DNA of 62,351 bases, counting the filler, from Bdellovibrionota bacterium (GTDB lineage Bacteria; Bdellovibrionota; Bdellovibrionia; Bdellovibrionales; JAEYZS01), in assembly GCA_963169515.1 (NCBI GenBank). It is 5 parts of 5 records of this genome, joined end to end, with 100 filler letters (N's around TTAATTAATTAA, not from the genome) between each part and the next. Parts side by side here need not be neighbours in the genome. Positions count along the whole stretch, not along the records: positions 42,370 to 52,506 come from CAUJEF010000047.1; positions 52,607 to 58,622 come from CAUJEF010000051.1; 3 more parts are not named here. One strand, given 5' to 3'. This document shows positions 47,321-57,750 of this stretch, in pieces (position 1 is the first letter of the stretch; each line of letters starts with the position of its first letter). The notes under the pieces are model-generated. The model searched no databases, had not been told where the DNA came from, and saw only the letters and a program-made list of their open reading frames with translations. A program made the position numbers and the translations under genes.

Positions 47321-48010
47321 ATGAAATCTTTAATAGTTGCCGTTGTGGTATTGGTCCCCTTGTCCTCGTATGCAATTTTTGGTTTTGGAGAAGACACGCT
47401 GTCAGAAAAGCGAGCAAAAGTTTGCACTCGGGCATTGAGTGAGCGGGGCAGAAGCATTGGGCGTGAAAAAATTAGCGAACTTAAAGCCGAGCATAAATAC
47501 ACATCTAATGGGAAAGAAATTGAAAGCGAAGGGTTTGCCACTATTGCTGTAAATGTAGCAAAAAATCTTCAACCAGGGAGATGCAAAACCTTTGAAATTA
47601 GAGGTTGGGACGTTGATTTGAACAGCGTTATGCAAAGCATCCCAGGAGAATTTACTAAAGATTCCGTCACAATGGATGATAACTGTGAAGCTCAGGCGAT
47701 CATAGCGTGCCTAAACATCCTTACACAAAATCGACTGAGCGCGGTTAAAAAAGAAAATAAAAATGCTACCATCGCGAGCGGCTTTGTGAAGGCCGAATCT
47801 CCAATTCAATATATGTATCCCAATATAAAGTTTAACCCCAATGCGGCCACACCGCCCATAGTAAAGGCTGATGGATCTAATTACACAAAGCTAAGCGAAC
47901 AATGCATATATGAATCCGATCCTGTAACAAGGCAGGCGGCCTGTGATGCAAGGGACAGGTTAAGATCAAGCTCAAAGCAGGCTGCGCCAAATACGGGCGG
48001 TCGTCGTTAG
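47321..48010 (+). CDS. Hypothetical secreted Cys-containing protein
   Basis: GGAG RBS; signal peptide SYA. Confidence 0.75.
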   Translation: MKSLIVAVVVLVPLSSYAIFGFGEDTLSEKRAKVCTRALSERGRSIGREKISELKAEHKYTSNGKEIESEGFATIAVNVAKNLQPGRCKTFEIRGWDVDLNSVMQSIPGEFTKDSVTMDDNCEAQAIIACLNILTQNRLSAVKKENKNATIASGFVKAESPIQYMYPNIKFNPNAATPPIVKADGSNYTKLSEQCIYESDPVTRQAACDARDRLRSSSKQAAPNTGGRR

Positions 48011-48052
48011 CCGTTGCTCGCCCCCCCGGACTATTGCTAATCTAGTGATTCC

Positions 48053-49042
48053 ATGATTCATGCCTCAGCTTTGTCCAAAACATTTCAAGTTCACAAAAAA
48101 TCGGCCGGATTTGCGGCATCATTCAAGTCCCTTTTCAGACGGGAATGGCTGAATAAACAGGCTTTGCAGAATGTGTCCATTGATGTTGAGCCTGGTGAGA
48201 TCGTTGGCCTTGTTGGCGCAAATGGCGCCGGCAAAACAACGCTCGTAAAAATTCTTGCTGGAATTATTCATCCCACGTCTGGCGAAGCAAGGGTTTTGGG
48301 TTATAAACCATTTGATCGACACAATGATTTTCGCAGACAAATTTCTTTGATTATGGGACAGAAGGCCCAGTTGTGGTGGGATTTGCCGGCTGAAGATTGT
48401 TTTTTACTTTTGCGGGAAATTTACCAAATTCCACACCCAGAATATAGACGAAGTCTGGATTATTTAATTGAAGCTATGGGGGTAAAAGATCAGCTGAACA
48501 TTCAAATTCGAAGGCTTTCCCTGGGCGAACGCATGAAAATGGAGCTGATTGCAGCGCTTTTGCACAAACCCCGCGTGGTTTTCTTGGACGAGCCCACAAT
48601 AGGTTTGGATTTAAGCGCGCAAATGGCGATTAGAAAATTTATTTCCGATTATAGAAAAGAAAATAAACCGGCAATGATTTTGACGTCCCACTATATGGAG
48701 GACATTGAGAAGCTCTGCAAGAGAATTGCAATCATCAAAGAGGGCCAGATTGTTTATGATGGGGGGCTATCAAAGGTAATCGATAAATATGCAACACAAA
48801 AAATTTTATCGGTCGCAATAGATGTCGAAGGCCAACCCATGCCATCTGAAAAAGACCTAAAGCTGGCTCATGTTCAGGGTGTTGCCATCGACGGTAATAT
48901 CGTAAAGCTAAACGTAGAGCGGAAAAATACAACGACAGTGGCAAGCAGTATTTTAAAAAATTTTAAGATCAAAGATCTCAGCATCGAAGAGGAAGAAATC
49001 GGAAATATAATCGAAGCTTTAATTCGCAAGGATAAAAAGTAA
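48053..49042 (+). CDS. ABC transporter ATP-binding protein
   Basis: GANGAGKTT, LSLGERMK, FLDEPTIGLD, TSH. Confidence 0.95.
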   Translation: MIHASALSKTFQVHKKSAGFAASFKSLFRREWLNKQALQNVSIDVEPGEIVGLVGANGAGKTTLVKILAGIIHPTSGEARVLGYKPFDRHNDFRRQISLIMGQKAQLWWDLPAEDCFLLLREIYQIPHPEYRRSLDYLIEAMGVKDQLNIQIRRLSLGERMKMELIAALLHKPRVVFLDEPTIGLDLSAQMAIRKFISDYRKENKPAMILTSHYMEDIEKLCKRIAIIKEGQIVYDGGLSKVIDKYATQKILSVAIDVEGQPMPSEKDLKLAHVQGVAIDGNIVKLNVERKNTTTVASSILKNFKIKDLSIEEEEIGNIIEALIRKDKK

Positions 49043-49845
49043 TGTCTTGGTTCCGGGCCATATATTCCATGGAGTTTCGGCGTATTTTTTCGTATCGCGT
49101 GGATTTTTGGATTTCATTCCTAGGATCTGTCGCAGGGGAAATCGCCGTTGCCTATTTTTTATGGGATGCTATTTACAAAAAAAACCAAGCCACTGAAATT
49201 GCCGGATATTCTTTTACAATGATGATCCTCTATTACGTTTTCGCAGCTTTTGGCGGCCGAATTATTCGCGGCAACGAGCGCATGATTGTTGCGACAGATA
49301 TATATGATGGTGGGCTTACAAAATACTTAATGTACCCCATTAGCTACGTTCTCGTAAATTTTGCACAAGCTTTGGCATACAACACGTTGACGCTTGTGCA
49401 GTTTGCATTGGGTATTGCGGCTATGTTTTTGTTATTTGGAAAGCCCGCCGAGCTTGACCTTGAAGTTTCTAATTTTATTATGGGAATTTCGACGTGCTTG
49501 GTGGCGTCTTGTTTTTATTTTGTTCTTTATGTGACCATAGATTACATCGCGTTTTGGGCGGATACCGTCTGGAGCTTAAGTGTGATGTATCGTTTTGTCG
49601 CACAGTTTTTAAGTGGAATTTACGTTCCTATTGAAATGTTTCCGGCATCATTTGTGAAGCTCGTTTATTTTACGCCGTTCCCATACATAGGCGCGGAACC
49701 AATAAAAATGTTTTTAGGCAGATCGTCCTGGCAACAATGGGTGCATGTGAACATCATGATTGTCCTTTGGATTGTTCCAGCGATGTTTGCCCTTCATATT
49801 GTTTGGAAGCGCGGACTTAAAACTTATACCGGTGTTGGAATATGA
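49042..49845 (+). CDS. ABC-2 family permease (DUF990-type)
   Basis: YR..F, DI..G.L..YL..P, six TM. Confidence 0.88.
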   Translation: MSWFRAIYSMEFRRIFSYRVDFWISFLGSVAGEIAVAYFLWDAIYKKNQATEIAGYSFTMMILYYVFAAFGGRIIRGNERMIVATDIYDGGLTKYLMYPISYVLVNFAQALAYNTLTLVQFALGIAAMFLLFGKPAELDLEVSNFIMGISTCLVASCFYFVLYVTIDYIAFWADTVWSLSVMYRFVAQFLSGIYVPIEMFPASFVKLVYFTPFPYIGAEPIKMFLGRSSWQQWVHVNIMIVLWIVPAMFALHIVWKRGLKTYTGVGI

Positions 49846-50630
49846 TTCGTTATATACGTCTTTATGCGAATTTTCTAAGATTTTCATTTAGTAAGGCATT
49901 CGAGTTTCGAATAGATTTTTATTTTCGTATTTTAATGGATATAATTTATTACGCCGTTAATATTTTGTTTTTCAAGGTCATATTCTTACATTCAAACATA
50001 CTTGCGGGATGGACCGAAGCTCAAGTGATGGTATTTGTCGGAGCGTTCATAGTGATTGACGCCTTAAACATGACAGTTTTTGCAAATAATTTTTGGGCTA
50101 TGCCGAGTCTTATCAACAAAGGGAATTTGGATTACTATTTGCTTCGTCCCGTTTCGACATTGTTTTTTATTTCTTTTCAAGATTTTGCGGCAAACTCGTT
50201 TGTAAATCTACTTATAGCCGGTGGAATCTTGGTCTGGACCATGATTCAGTATCCAGATCCGATTTCAATATTGAACCTTGTTTTGTTTTTATTTCTTATT
50301 TTAAACGGGACCCTTCTGTACGCTTTTGTTCGATTACTGTTTGTTTTGCCAGTATTTTGGACCCATTCCTCTCGAGGGTTAGATATGATGTTTTGGGGCT
50401 TTGCTCGTTTTATGGAACGGCCGCATCAAATATTTTACGGTGCAGTGAGAATTATTTTGCTTACGGTACTGCCTTTTGCACTCATGGCTTCGCTCCCAAC
50501 AGAGGTATTGTTCAGTAGCAGCCCGTGGCCAACTGTTGGGTATTGCGTGCTTTTATCCTGTGTATTTTTCATCTCGGTGCTTGGGCTGTGGCGGTTAGGA
50601 CTGCGGTCCTATTCATCGGCCTCTTCTTAA
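49842..50630 (+). CDS. ABC-2 family permease (DUF990-type)
   Basis: GNLDYYLLRP, GLRSYSSASS C-terminus. Confidence 0.88.
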   Translation: MIRYIRLYANFLRFSFSKAFEFRIDFYFRILMDIIYYAVNILFFKVIFLHSNILAGWTEAQVMVFVGAFIVIDALNMTVFANNFWAMPSLINKGNLDYYLLRPVSTLFFISFQDFAANSFVNLLIAGGILVWTMIQYPDPISILNLVLFLFLILNGTLLYAFVRLLFVLPVFWTHSSRGLDMMFWGFARFMERPHQIFYGAVRIILLTVLPFALMASLPTEVLFSSSPWPTVGYCVLLSCVFFISVLGLWRLGLRSYSSASS

Positions 50631-50742
50631 TAGAGATAATGCGTTTGCCCTGTATATTTTGTATTCACAGACTACAAAATTTTCGCCCCACCAACCAAAC
50701 TTTATAAACAGTTATGAGAACAGGCGGCGCTCCATTATAATT

Positions 50743-51339
50743 ATGAGCTTTGAGGGTAAATTGGGAATATTAGGAACTATTTTAGCAGTTTTGATGATAT
50801 CTTCGGATGCAACGGCTTATTATCACTCTCGTTGTGAGCAGTTTTTTTCAGAAAACCAATACATTACAACAGAGGATATTAAAAATGTGTTGCCTGAAAA
50901 AGCTTTGACTATTCAACTAGAAGACACGTTTTTTTACAACAATCGCGAAAAACTAGTTAATCATTACATTCGTTTTCCAACTGAAAAGTCACACCATGTT
51001 TTTTGGGGGCTCCTAACTTCAGAAGAAGAGATTTTGGACATCGTTACAAAAGGGATTGGTCCACTTTTTGAGTTAAACGGACATGATTTTAATCAAGAAA
51101 TTAAAGAAGCTGCTCTAAAATCTTTGTATATGGCGTCGACAGAGACCCAAGGTTTCAGCATTATTGTCGAGGTCAATCAGTTAAAATGCACGGGCTGTTT
51201 TATCAGAATGCGCGATGGTATGATGCGAGTCGACCGTCGAGTTCCCTTAAACGCGATCGAGAATATTTATATTTTAACTGGCGGGATACGCCCGGCGTAT
51301 GTGCCTATTGACTTAAGCGCATTTCGCGCAAGGCCTTAA
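50743..51339 (+). CDS. Hypothetical secreted protein
   Basis: Signal peptide from ATG 50743. Confidence 0.65.
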   Translation: MSFEGKLGILGTILAVLMISSDATAYYHSRCEQFFSENQYITTEDIKNVLPEKALTIQLEDTFFYNNREKLVNHYIRFPTEKSHHVFWGLLTSEEEILDIVTKGIGPLFELNGHDFNQEIKEAALKSLYMASTETQGFSIIVEVNQLKCTGCFIRMRDGMMRVDRRVPLNAIENIYILTGGIRPAYVPIDLSAFRARP

Positions 51340-51778
51340 AAAAACTTTTTAATAAAACAGCAGATTCGTTTTCTAATACTCCAGATTCAATGGTCGGTGT
51401 GTGGTTTAATTTTTTATCTTTAAAAATTTGATAAACAGATTCGATCGCGCCGGCCTTAGGGTCCTTTGCGCCATATACGACTCGGCCGACCCGAGCCTGT
51501 ATGATTGCCCCAACACAAAGTATACAGGGCTCAAGGGTCACATAGAGCGTGCAGTCGCTTAGCCGCCAATTGCTTTTTAATAGAGAGGCCTCTTGGATCG
51601 CTAGAATTTCGGCGTGTCCTATGGGGTTTTGGGTCGATTCTTTTAAATTAAATGCTTCCGCTACTACGACGTTGTTGCATGTAATGACTGCGCCGATGGG
51701 AACTTCGTTCAGTTTAGCGGCCTTGCGGGCGAGAGCAAGTGCTTGCCTCATAAAAATAGAGTCTAATTCATTAGTCAT
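51305..51778 (-). CDS. tadA: tRNA adenosine(34) deaminase
   Basis: EVPIGAV, HAE, TLEPC..C, DPKAGA. Confidence 0.92.
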   Translation of the reverse strand: MTNELDSIFMRQALALARKAAKLNEVPIGAVITCNNVVVAEAFNLKESTQNPIGHAEILAIQEASLLKSNWRLSDCTLYVTLEPCILCVGAIIQARVGRVVYGAKDPKAGAIESVYQIFKDKKLNHTPTIESGVLENESAVLLKSFFKALREMRLSQ

Positions 51779-51902
51779 TTAGGGGGAGTCCTATCAAAAA
51801 TTGACATAACGCACAAGTACTTGTTTGACTGGTATACGGGCAAACTATAAACCTTTGTATTCAGCCAATCATATACCATACGTAAAGGCAGGTGATTCCC
51901 AC

Positions 51903-52103
51903 GTGGCATTAGTTAAGTCTCGAGAAGGTGAAGGCTTTGAGCAGCTGCTAAAGCGCTTCAAAAAACAGTGCGAAAAATCAGGTGTTTTGTCGGAAATTAA
52001 AAAACGCGAACACTATGAAAAACCAAGCGTTCGTTTGAAAAAGAAGTCAATTGCTGCACGCAAAAGACTATTGAAAAAAACAAGAAGAGGCAGTTGGGAA
52101 TGA
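51903..52103 (+). CDS. rpsU: 30S ribosomal protein S21
   Basis: [18 protein letters not shown] start. Confidence 0.95.
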   Translation: MALVKSREGEGFEQLLKRFKKQCEKSGVLSEIKKREHYEKPSVRLKKKSIAARKRLLKKTRRGSWE

Positions 52104-52506
52104 GCTTAAAAGATAAAATCATGGACGATATCAAAACGGCCATGAAGGAAAAAGATACCGCGAGATTGGAAACGCTTCGCTTTCTTCATTCTGCAATAAA
52201 GAACAAAGAAATTGAAATTCGTCCAAGCGCTGTAACTGATGCGGACGTCATACAAGTGATCGTCAAATCCGTGAAACAGCGTAAAGAATCCGTGGATCAA
52301 TACCAAAAGGCGAATCGGCAAGACTTGGCAGATAAAGAGACTTCTGAAATTAAAATTTTAGAAACCTATATGCCAAAGCAAATGACCGAAGAGGAAATTA
52401 AGTCCACGGTTTTATCTGCTATCAAAGCTCTGAACGCAACTTCAATGAAAGACATGGGGGCAGTAATGAAGGAAGTTACTGCCAAAACCCAAGGTCGCGC
52501 TGATGG
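52100..52506 (+). CDS. GatB/YqeY domain protein (truncated by contig end)
   Basis: MSLKDKI..D.K.AMK, KQR.ES, Y.P.Q, MKDMG.VM, GRADG. Confidence 0.92.
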
Positions 52507-52606
52507 NNNNNNNNNNNNNNNNNNNNNNNNNNNNNNNNNNNNNNNNNNNNTTAATTAATTAANNNNNNNNNNNNNNNNNNNNNNNNNNNNNNNNNNNNNN
52601 NNNNNN
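52507..52606. other. Artificial contig linker
   Basis: N44-TTAATTAATTAA-N44. Confidence 0.98.
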
Positions 52607-52608
52607 AC

Positions 52609-52887
52609 CCGTACGCAACGGCGAGCAGCTTTACCACGGCCTTCATCATTGCAAAAAAAGATCAAAAGACAGCGCTTCGAAAAGGTTTTGTGGTGTTAAA
52701 AAAAGAGATCTACTGCGTTCCGCGCCATAACCTGTATGGGTTATTTAATGATTTCCTTACAGAGCTAATTTATCCAATGGCAGATCAAATGCGGCGACAG
52801 CCACAGTCCGCAAAAATCTATCTTAGTGGCATGTCCAGCGAGATCTGGAATTTTTTGCGTCAGTCATTCGCAGATTTTGGAAACTGA
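52609..52887 (+). CDS. 3' end of a hypothetical protein
   Basis: Frame open from contig start to TGA at 52887. Confidence 0.45.
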   Translation, partial: PYATASSFTTAFIIAKKDQKTALRKGFVVLKKEIYCVPRHNLYGLFNDFLTELIYPMADQMRRQPQSAKIYLSGMSSEIWNFLRQSFADFGN

Positions 52888-52888
52888 A

Positions 52889-53596
52889 TTAGTAATAAAT
52901 TTCTTGATGTATGTGTTCTTTTGCAACACCTTTGGTGTCCATTAAAATCATCTTTACTTCTTTAATCATGTCGCCGTTGCCACACAAATAGAATTCTGTG
53001 TTTAAATAATCTAAATCCGAAAGCCCCCGGATATAATCTGTTACGCGCCCCTTGAAGCCTTTCCACCGTTCTGTGGGCTGTGAAACACATGGAATCCACA
53101 CCACGTTTGGTTGGGTTCCCATTTTATCGTAATACAGAATTTCGTCTTCAGTGCGTGCACCGATGGCAATAAATATCTTTTGTGGTGGGGTCTTTTTAAA
53201 GCCTTGCGAAAACATCATCGAATGGAATGGTGAAATTCCAGTGCCAGTGGCAATGAAAAATACATTTTTAGATGGGGGTGTTTTGTATGTAAAACGCCCA
53301 AAAGGCCCTGCGGTTTTGAGTTGATCCCCTGGTTTTAAATCTTTAAAAAAGGGTGTACCCCGTCCAAAAGCCAAGCGTTTAATGCATAGGCAAATCAAAT
53401 CGGCCTCAGGGGGTGAGGCCACAGAATAGGACCGCTTTAGTGGCTTTTCTGGATTTTCAGAGTTAGGGGCATCGATCATCAGGAACTGCCCGGCCTCAAA
53501 AGGGAAGGGAATCGATGGCTTCAAATAAAGCTCGAAAACCGTTGGAGTAATGTTGATATTTTTAACAACTTCGCTTACAAATTTCTGTACAGCCAT
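52889..53596 (-). CDS. FAD/NAD(P)-binding oxidoreductase (ferredoxin-NADP reductase family)
   Basis: RSYSVAS, GPFG, IATGTGISP, YLCG..M, EIYY. Confidence 0.9.
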   Translation of the reverse strand: MAVQKFVSEVVKNINITPTVFELYLKPSIPFPFEAGQFLMIDAPNSENPEKPLKRSYSVASPPEADLICLCIKRLAFGRGTPFFKDLKPGDQLKTAGPFGRFTYKTPPSKNVFFIATGTGISPFHSMMFSQGFKKTPPQKIFIAIGARTEDEILYYDKMGTQPNVVWIPCVSQPTERWKGFKGRVTDYIRGLSDLDYLNTEFYLCGNGDMIKEVKMILMDTKGVAKEHIHQEIYY

Positions 53597-53667
53597 AATT
53601 GAAATCTCTTTTACCCGTTAAGCTTAAAATAAATGAACTTTATGGGGCAACTGGATAGTGGGTCAAT

Positions 53668-55245
53668 ATGAGTGTTGAATCTGAAATCTTAAGACGCAGG
53701 ACGTTTGCGATTATCTCTCATCCAGACGCGGGGAAGACAACAATTACAGAGAAAATCCTGTACTTGGGCGGAGTCATTAAAGAGGCTGGCGAAGTGAAGG
53801 GCAAGGTGGGGACCAAGGCGGCAACATCGGATTGGATGAAGATGGAGCAAGAGCGCGGAATTTCAATCACATCCAGTTCCATGAATTTTGATTATCAAGG
53901 GCTGCGTATAAATCTGCTCGATACCCCTGGGCACAAAGATTTTGGTGAAGATACTTATCGAACCCTGATTGCAGCCGATTGCGCGGCCATGTTAATCGAT
54001 GCCGCAAAAGGGGTGGAAACCCAAACTCGAAAGCTGTATGAAGTTTGTCGGCTTCGAAAAATGCCTATTTTCACTTTTTGCAATAAAGTGGATCGCGAGG
54101 GTAAAACTGGCTTGGAATTGATCGACGACGTTGAAAACACCCTGCAAATGAAATGCTATCCAGTGACATGGCCAATAGGCATGGGGGGGCGATTTAAGGG
54201 GCTGTATCACAGGCTTCAGAATAAAGTATACTTTTTTGATAGGGACAGGGACGCACCTGAAATCGTTGACGTTTCGGGTCCAATGGATTCAAAAATTTCA
54301 ATGCGCGTGGATGAAGATATATTTCTACAATTTAATGAAGAGCTAGAGTTGCTTGAAGGCGTGATTGGCGACTTTAGCCAAGAAGAATTTTTGAGTGGCA
54401 ACGTAAGCCCCATGACGTTTGGTAGTGCCAAATATGTCTGGGGGATTGATATTTTCCTGGATCTTTTTTGTCAACACGCCCCCAAGCCTCAGGCGAGAGC
54501 AACGCGTGATGGGTCTGTGGATCCCCTCTACAAAGACTTCACTGGGTTTGTTTTTAAAATTCAAGCAAACATGGATAAAAAGCATCGTGATAGGGTCGCT
54601 TTTTTAAGAATTTGCAGTGGTAAGTTTGAGCGGGGGATGAAGGTAAAACATATGCGCCTGGGGCGTGAAATTCGATTATCCTATGCGAACCAATTGACGG
54701 CCCAGGAGCGTGAGACCGTTGATACGGCGTATGCGGGTGATATCGTCGGTATTACGGACACTGGAAATTTTCAAATTGGGGATTCGATTTCTGACGGCAA
54801 AGATGTTCATTTTACTGGAATACCACGGTTTTCGCCGGAGCATTTCGGACGGGTTGTGATCAAAGAAGCTTTAAAAAAGAAACAGCTAGAAAAGGGGATT
54901 AAGCAGCTCGTTGATGAGGGTTCGATTCAGTTATTTTATGATCCTGCAGTGGGATGGCAGGATCCAATTCTGGGCGTGGTCGGATTGTTACAGTTTGAGG
55001 TTCTGCTCTACCGATTAAAGGATGAATATGGATTGGATGCGCGCTTGGATAGAATGAATTATGCGCTGGCACGGTGGCCGTTTGACTCTAATGGGAAGCC
55101 TACACGTACTATAAAAACTAGCCAAAGAATCTGGAACGATGCCCATGATAACCCAGTCCTGTTGTTGGAGCAGGAATGGGATTTAAAGTGGCTCACAAAA
55201 GACAATCCTGATATCGATTTTAAAATGAATAGCTCCGCGGACTAG
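53668..55245 (+). CDS. prfC: Peptide chain release factor 3
   Basis: RRTFAIISHPDAGKTT, SDWM.MEQERGIS, DTPGH, FKIQANMD. Confidence 0.97.
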   Translation: MSVESEILRRRTFAIISHPDAGKTTITEKILYLGGVIKEAGEVKGKVGTKAATSDWMKMEQERGISITSSSMNFDYQGLRINLLDTPGHKDFGEDTYRTLIAADCAAMLIDAAKGVETQTRKLYEVCRLRKMPIFTFCNKVDREGKTGLELIDDVENTLQMKCYPVTWPIGMGGRFKGLYHRLQNKVYFFDRDRDAPEIVDVSGPMDSKISMRVDEDIFLQFNEELELLEGVIGDFSQEEFLSGNVSPMTFGSAKYVWGIDIFLDLFCQHAPKPQARATRDGSVDPLYKDFTGFVFKIQANMDKKHRDRVAFLRICSGKFERGMKVKHMRLGREIRLSYANQLTAQERETVDTAYAGDIVGITDTGNFQIGDSISDGKDVHFTGIPRFSPEHFGRVVIKEALKKKQLEKGIKQLVDEGSIQLFYDPAVGWQDPILGVVGLLQFEVLLYRLKDEYGLDARLDRMNYALARWPFDSNGKPTRTIKTSQRIWNDAHDNPVLLLEQEWDLKWLTKDNPDIDFKMNSSAD

Positions 55246-55342
55246 ATCCATTCAAAAAATTATTTATAGACACAATAACCTTAAAAAATAGATATGGGAT
55301 ATTTTTCACAGTAACTCCTAACGACGATCAAAACAATATATA

Positions 55343-56050
55343 TTGATTGCCATGGTTGGGGCGTTATTGGCGGGTTTAATCAGCATTTTTGCAAATGCTG
55401 AAGCTACAAAATTCGAAGTGTTCGCAGGTGAAGTGCCATCGGAAAAGGTTCAGATCTTTCTTATGGGCGAGGTACACACAGAAATCGATCATATTCTTTT
55501 GCAAGAAGAGATTTTAAACCGCTTTGCAAGCGACGGGGACCTTTTGTTTGTGGAGGGCTATTCGGCGTTACCAACAGTTGAAAATTGGAACGATTATCAA
55601 GGGCGGCTGCGAATCCACAGTCTTCCTCTTTTGGGTGGTTGGGACGACATATCTGCATACCACGACACGGTCTACTCTTATGGTATGCAACTTAAGCGGC
55701 TGGATTGTTTGAATGACTCAAAAGTTTCTAAATCTGAAAAGCTACGGATTAATTCAGATATAATCTCAACCCGAGGCCAATTGAATAAATATTTCCTTCA
55801 AAGGAACGCAAATATGATGAACATCGTTCGAACCTATGGCGGGGGGGCAAGAAAATTGTTTTTAATTGCCGGGATGAGGCATTTGACGGGGGACCAAACT
55901 GTCGTGGAAACTCTTGAAAACTTAAAAGTGCGCTATTCAATTTTAATACCCACTGCGACAGCGTCGTCACTTGCGGCATTAAAAAGCAATGACTATGCAA
56001 GGAAGCTAACAAAAGTTTCTAAATCTGAAGTTTGCCAGCTTGTAAATTAA
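55343..56050 (+). CDS. Secreted TIKI/TraB/ChaN/EreA-superfamily-like protein
   Basis: GEVH, FVEG, RNANM, IAGMRHL; start uncertain. Confidence 0.6.
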   Translation: MIAMVGALLAGLISIFANAEATKFEVFAGEVPSEKVQIFLMGEVHTEIDHILLQEEILNRFASDGDLLFVEGYSALPTVENWNDYQGRLRIHSLPLLGGWDDISAYHDTVYSYGMQLKRLDCLNDSKVSKSEKLRINSDIISTRGQLNKYFLQRNANMMNIVRTYGGGARKLFLIAGMRHLTGDQTVVETLENLKVRYSILIPTATASSLAALKSNDYARKLTKVSKSEVCQLVN

Positions 56051-56093
56051 CGAGCAGTGCTATAGCCTTGGCACAATTCACAAAAGAGGAACC

Positions 56094-56756
56094 ATGAAAA
56101 CTGTCGTAATCACCGGTGCTAGTGGAGGAATTGGTTATCAATTCGCAAAACAATACAAAGATAAAAACTTTCACGTTATTGGATTAGTCCGGAAATCAAC
56201 GCCGGAACTAAACAATCTTGATATAGAGGTGATTGAAAATTTCGACGTCACCAAAGAAGATGCCATTCAAAAATTTAAAGACGTGATGGCAGGTAGGTCG
56301 ATTGATTTGCTTATCAACAATGCGGGTATTTTTAAAGACAACGTCATAGATAATTTAGATATGGACACGGTTCGTGAGCAGATGGAAACCAACGCCTATG
56401 GTCCCTTGCGTTTGACGATTGCCCTTCGTAACAATTTGAAGAAGGGCTCTACAGTTGCCATGATAACCAGTCGCATGGGATCGATCGCAGATAATACAAG
56501 CGGTTCTTACTACGGTTACCGAATGTCAAAGGCAGCGCTCAATATGGCGGCAATGTCTTTGTCCAGAGATTTGGTCTCGCAAGGCGTGGCAATTGTGGTT
56601 TTGCATCCAGGATATGTCCAAACTAAAATGAACAGGGGTAAGGGAGATACGAAGCCAGAGAACAGTGTAAGTGGCATGATTAAACAAATTGAAAATGTAA
56701 AGCGCGACACGCCAGTCCAATTTAAGCATTACAATGGATCAGAATTGCTCTGGTAG
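56094..56756 (+). CDS. Short-chain dehydrogenase/reductase (CsgA-like)
   Basis: TGASGGIG, NNAG, SRMGSI.DN, YRMSKAALN, HPGYVQT. Confidence 0.92.
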   Translation: MKTVVITGASGGIGYQFAKQYKDKNFHVIGLVRKSTPELNNLDIEVIENFDVTKEDAIQKFKDVMAGRSIDLLINNAGIFKDNVIDNLDMDTVREQMETNAYGPLRLTIALRNNLKKGSTVAMITSRMGSIADNTSGSYYGYRMSKAALNMAAMSLSRDLVSQGVAIVVLHPGYVQTKMNRGKGDTKPENSVSGMIKQIENVKRDTPVQFKHYNGSELLW

Positions 56757-56774
56757 CTCAAGAAAGGAAAATTA

Positions 56775-57260
56775 ATGCCGTCGTTTGATATTGTGTCTGA
56801 AGTAAATATGCAAGAAGTGGATAATGCCGTAAATCAAGCGCAAAAAGAAATCGCCGGGCGCTATGATTTTAAAGGTTCAAAAGCAGCGTTAGAGTGGGAC
56901 AAAAAAGAAATCAAGTTTTCCGCAGAGGATGATTACAAAATTGGAGCAATGAAGCAGATATTACAATCAAAAATGGTAAAACGCGGAGTTGATATTTTGG
57001 CATTAAAATACACAGATCTTGAGCCGACGGGCCACCAAATGTTCAAATTAACTTGTACTATTCAGCAGGGAATAGAAAAAGAGATTGCAAAAAAGATAAC
57101 GACAGCAATCCGCGATTCCAAATTAAAAGTCCAGGCTCAAATCAATGATGATAAAATCAAAGTGACTTCAAAAAGCATCGATGAGCTGCAAGCAACAATC
57201 CAGTACATCAAAGGGAAAAGCTTTGGGGTCCCGTTGCAGTTTAATAATATGCGATCTTAG
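56775..57260 (+). CDS. yajQ: YajQ family cyclic di-GMP/nucleotide-binding protein
   Basis: MPSFDIVSEV, RYDFKG, PLQFNN.R. Confidence 0.95.
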   Translation: MPSFDIVSEVNMQEVDNAVNQAQKEIAGRYDFKGSKAALEWDKKEIKFSAEDDYKIGAMKQILQSKMVKRGVDILALKYTDLEPTGHQMFKLTCTIQQGIEKEIAKKITTAIRDSKLKVQAQINDDKIKVTSKSIDELQATIQYIKGKSFGVPLQFNNMRS

Positions 57261-57286
57261 CACTCGATCTTAGATCCCAATACTTA

Positions 57287-57724
57287 TTATAACCGTGTGC
57301 AGGTTCCGAAATATGCTTCCGTCTCTGTTTGACCGTCGCTAGACTTAATTTCGTATTTTGTATCAACGGACAAATTTTTTGACGCATCGATCGAAATATT
57401 AGTTTCTTGAATTAGCGTTGCAACAATTTTATCGTCTTCGGTCTCATAGCCTGTCAGCCAAAAGTACAGGGCCGCATCGGTGCAAGTTGCAAAATACACT
57501 CGATCCGAGAGCTGATCTGGCTCATTTGGGATAGAATGTTTCATCCCATCAGCAACAAGATTCAGTCCTTCAATGTGGTAAGTGGTGATGCCATTTGCCT
57601 CTGTTTGTGCGATTTCAATAGTATAGGTTTCATTTTCTTCTTTACATTCAAATTTCCCTGAAAGATTTGGACATGCGAACGCTGAAACGCTGCTCAATAG
57701 AATAATGGTTAAAAAATACTTCAT
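57287..57724 (-). CDS. Hypothetical secreted protein
   Basis: SAFA-CPNLSGKFEC N-terminus; terminal C.RL. Confidence 0.75.
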   Translation of the reverse strand: MKYFLTIILLSSVSAFACPNLSGKFECKEENETYTIEIAQTEANGITTYHIEGLNLVADGMKHSIPNEPDQLSDRVYFATCTDAALYFWLTGYETEDDKIVATLIQETNISIDASKNLSVDTKYEIKSSDGQTETEAYFGTCTRL

Positions 57725-57750
57725 GATTCATCCCTCTTTTTGCAGGCTAA

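Noticed and set aside
44634..48010. Orphan genes as cargo of the integrase island
   Set aside because: They lie on the 5' side of the tRNA; the att junction implies the element extends the other way, toward 42370
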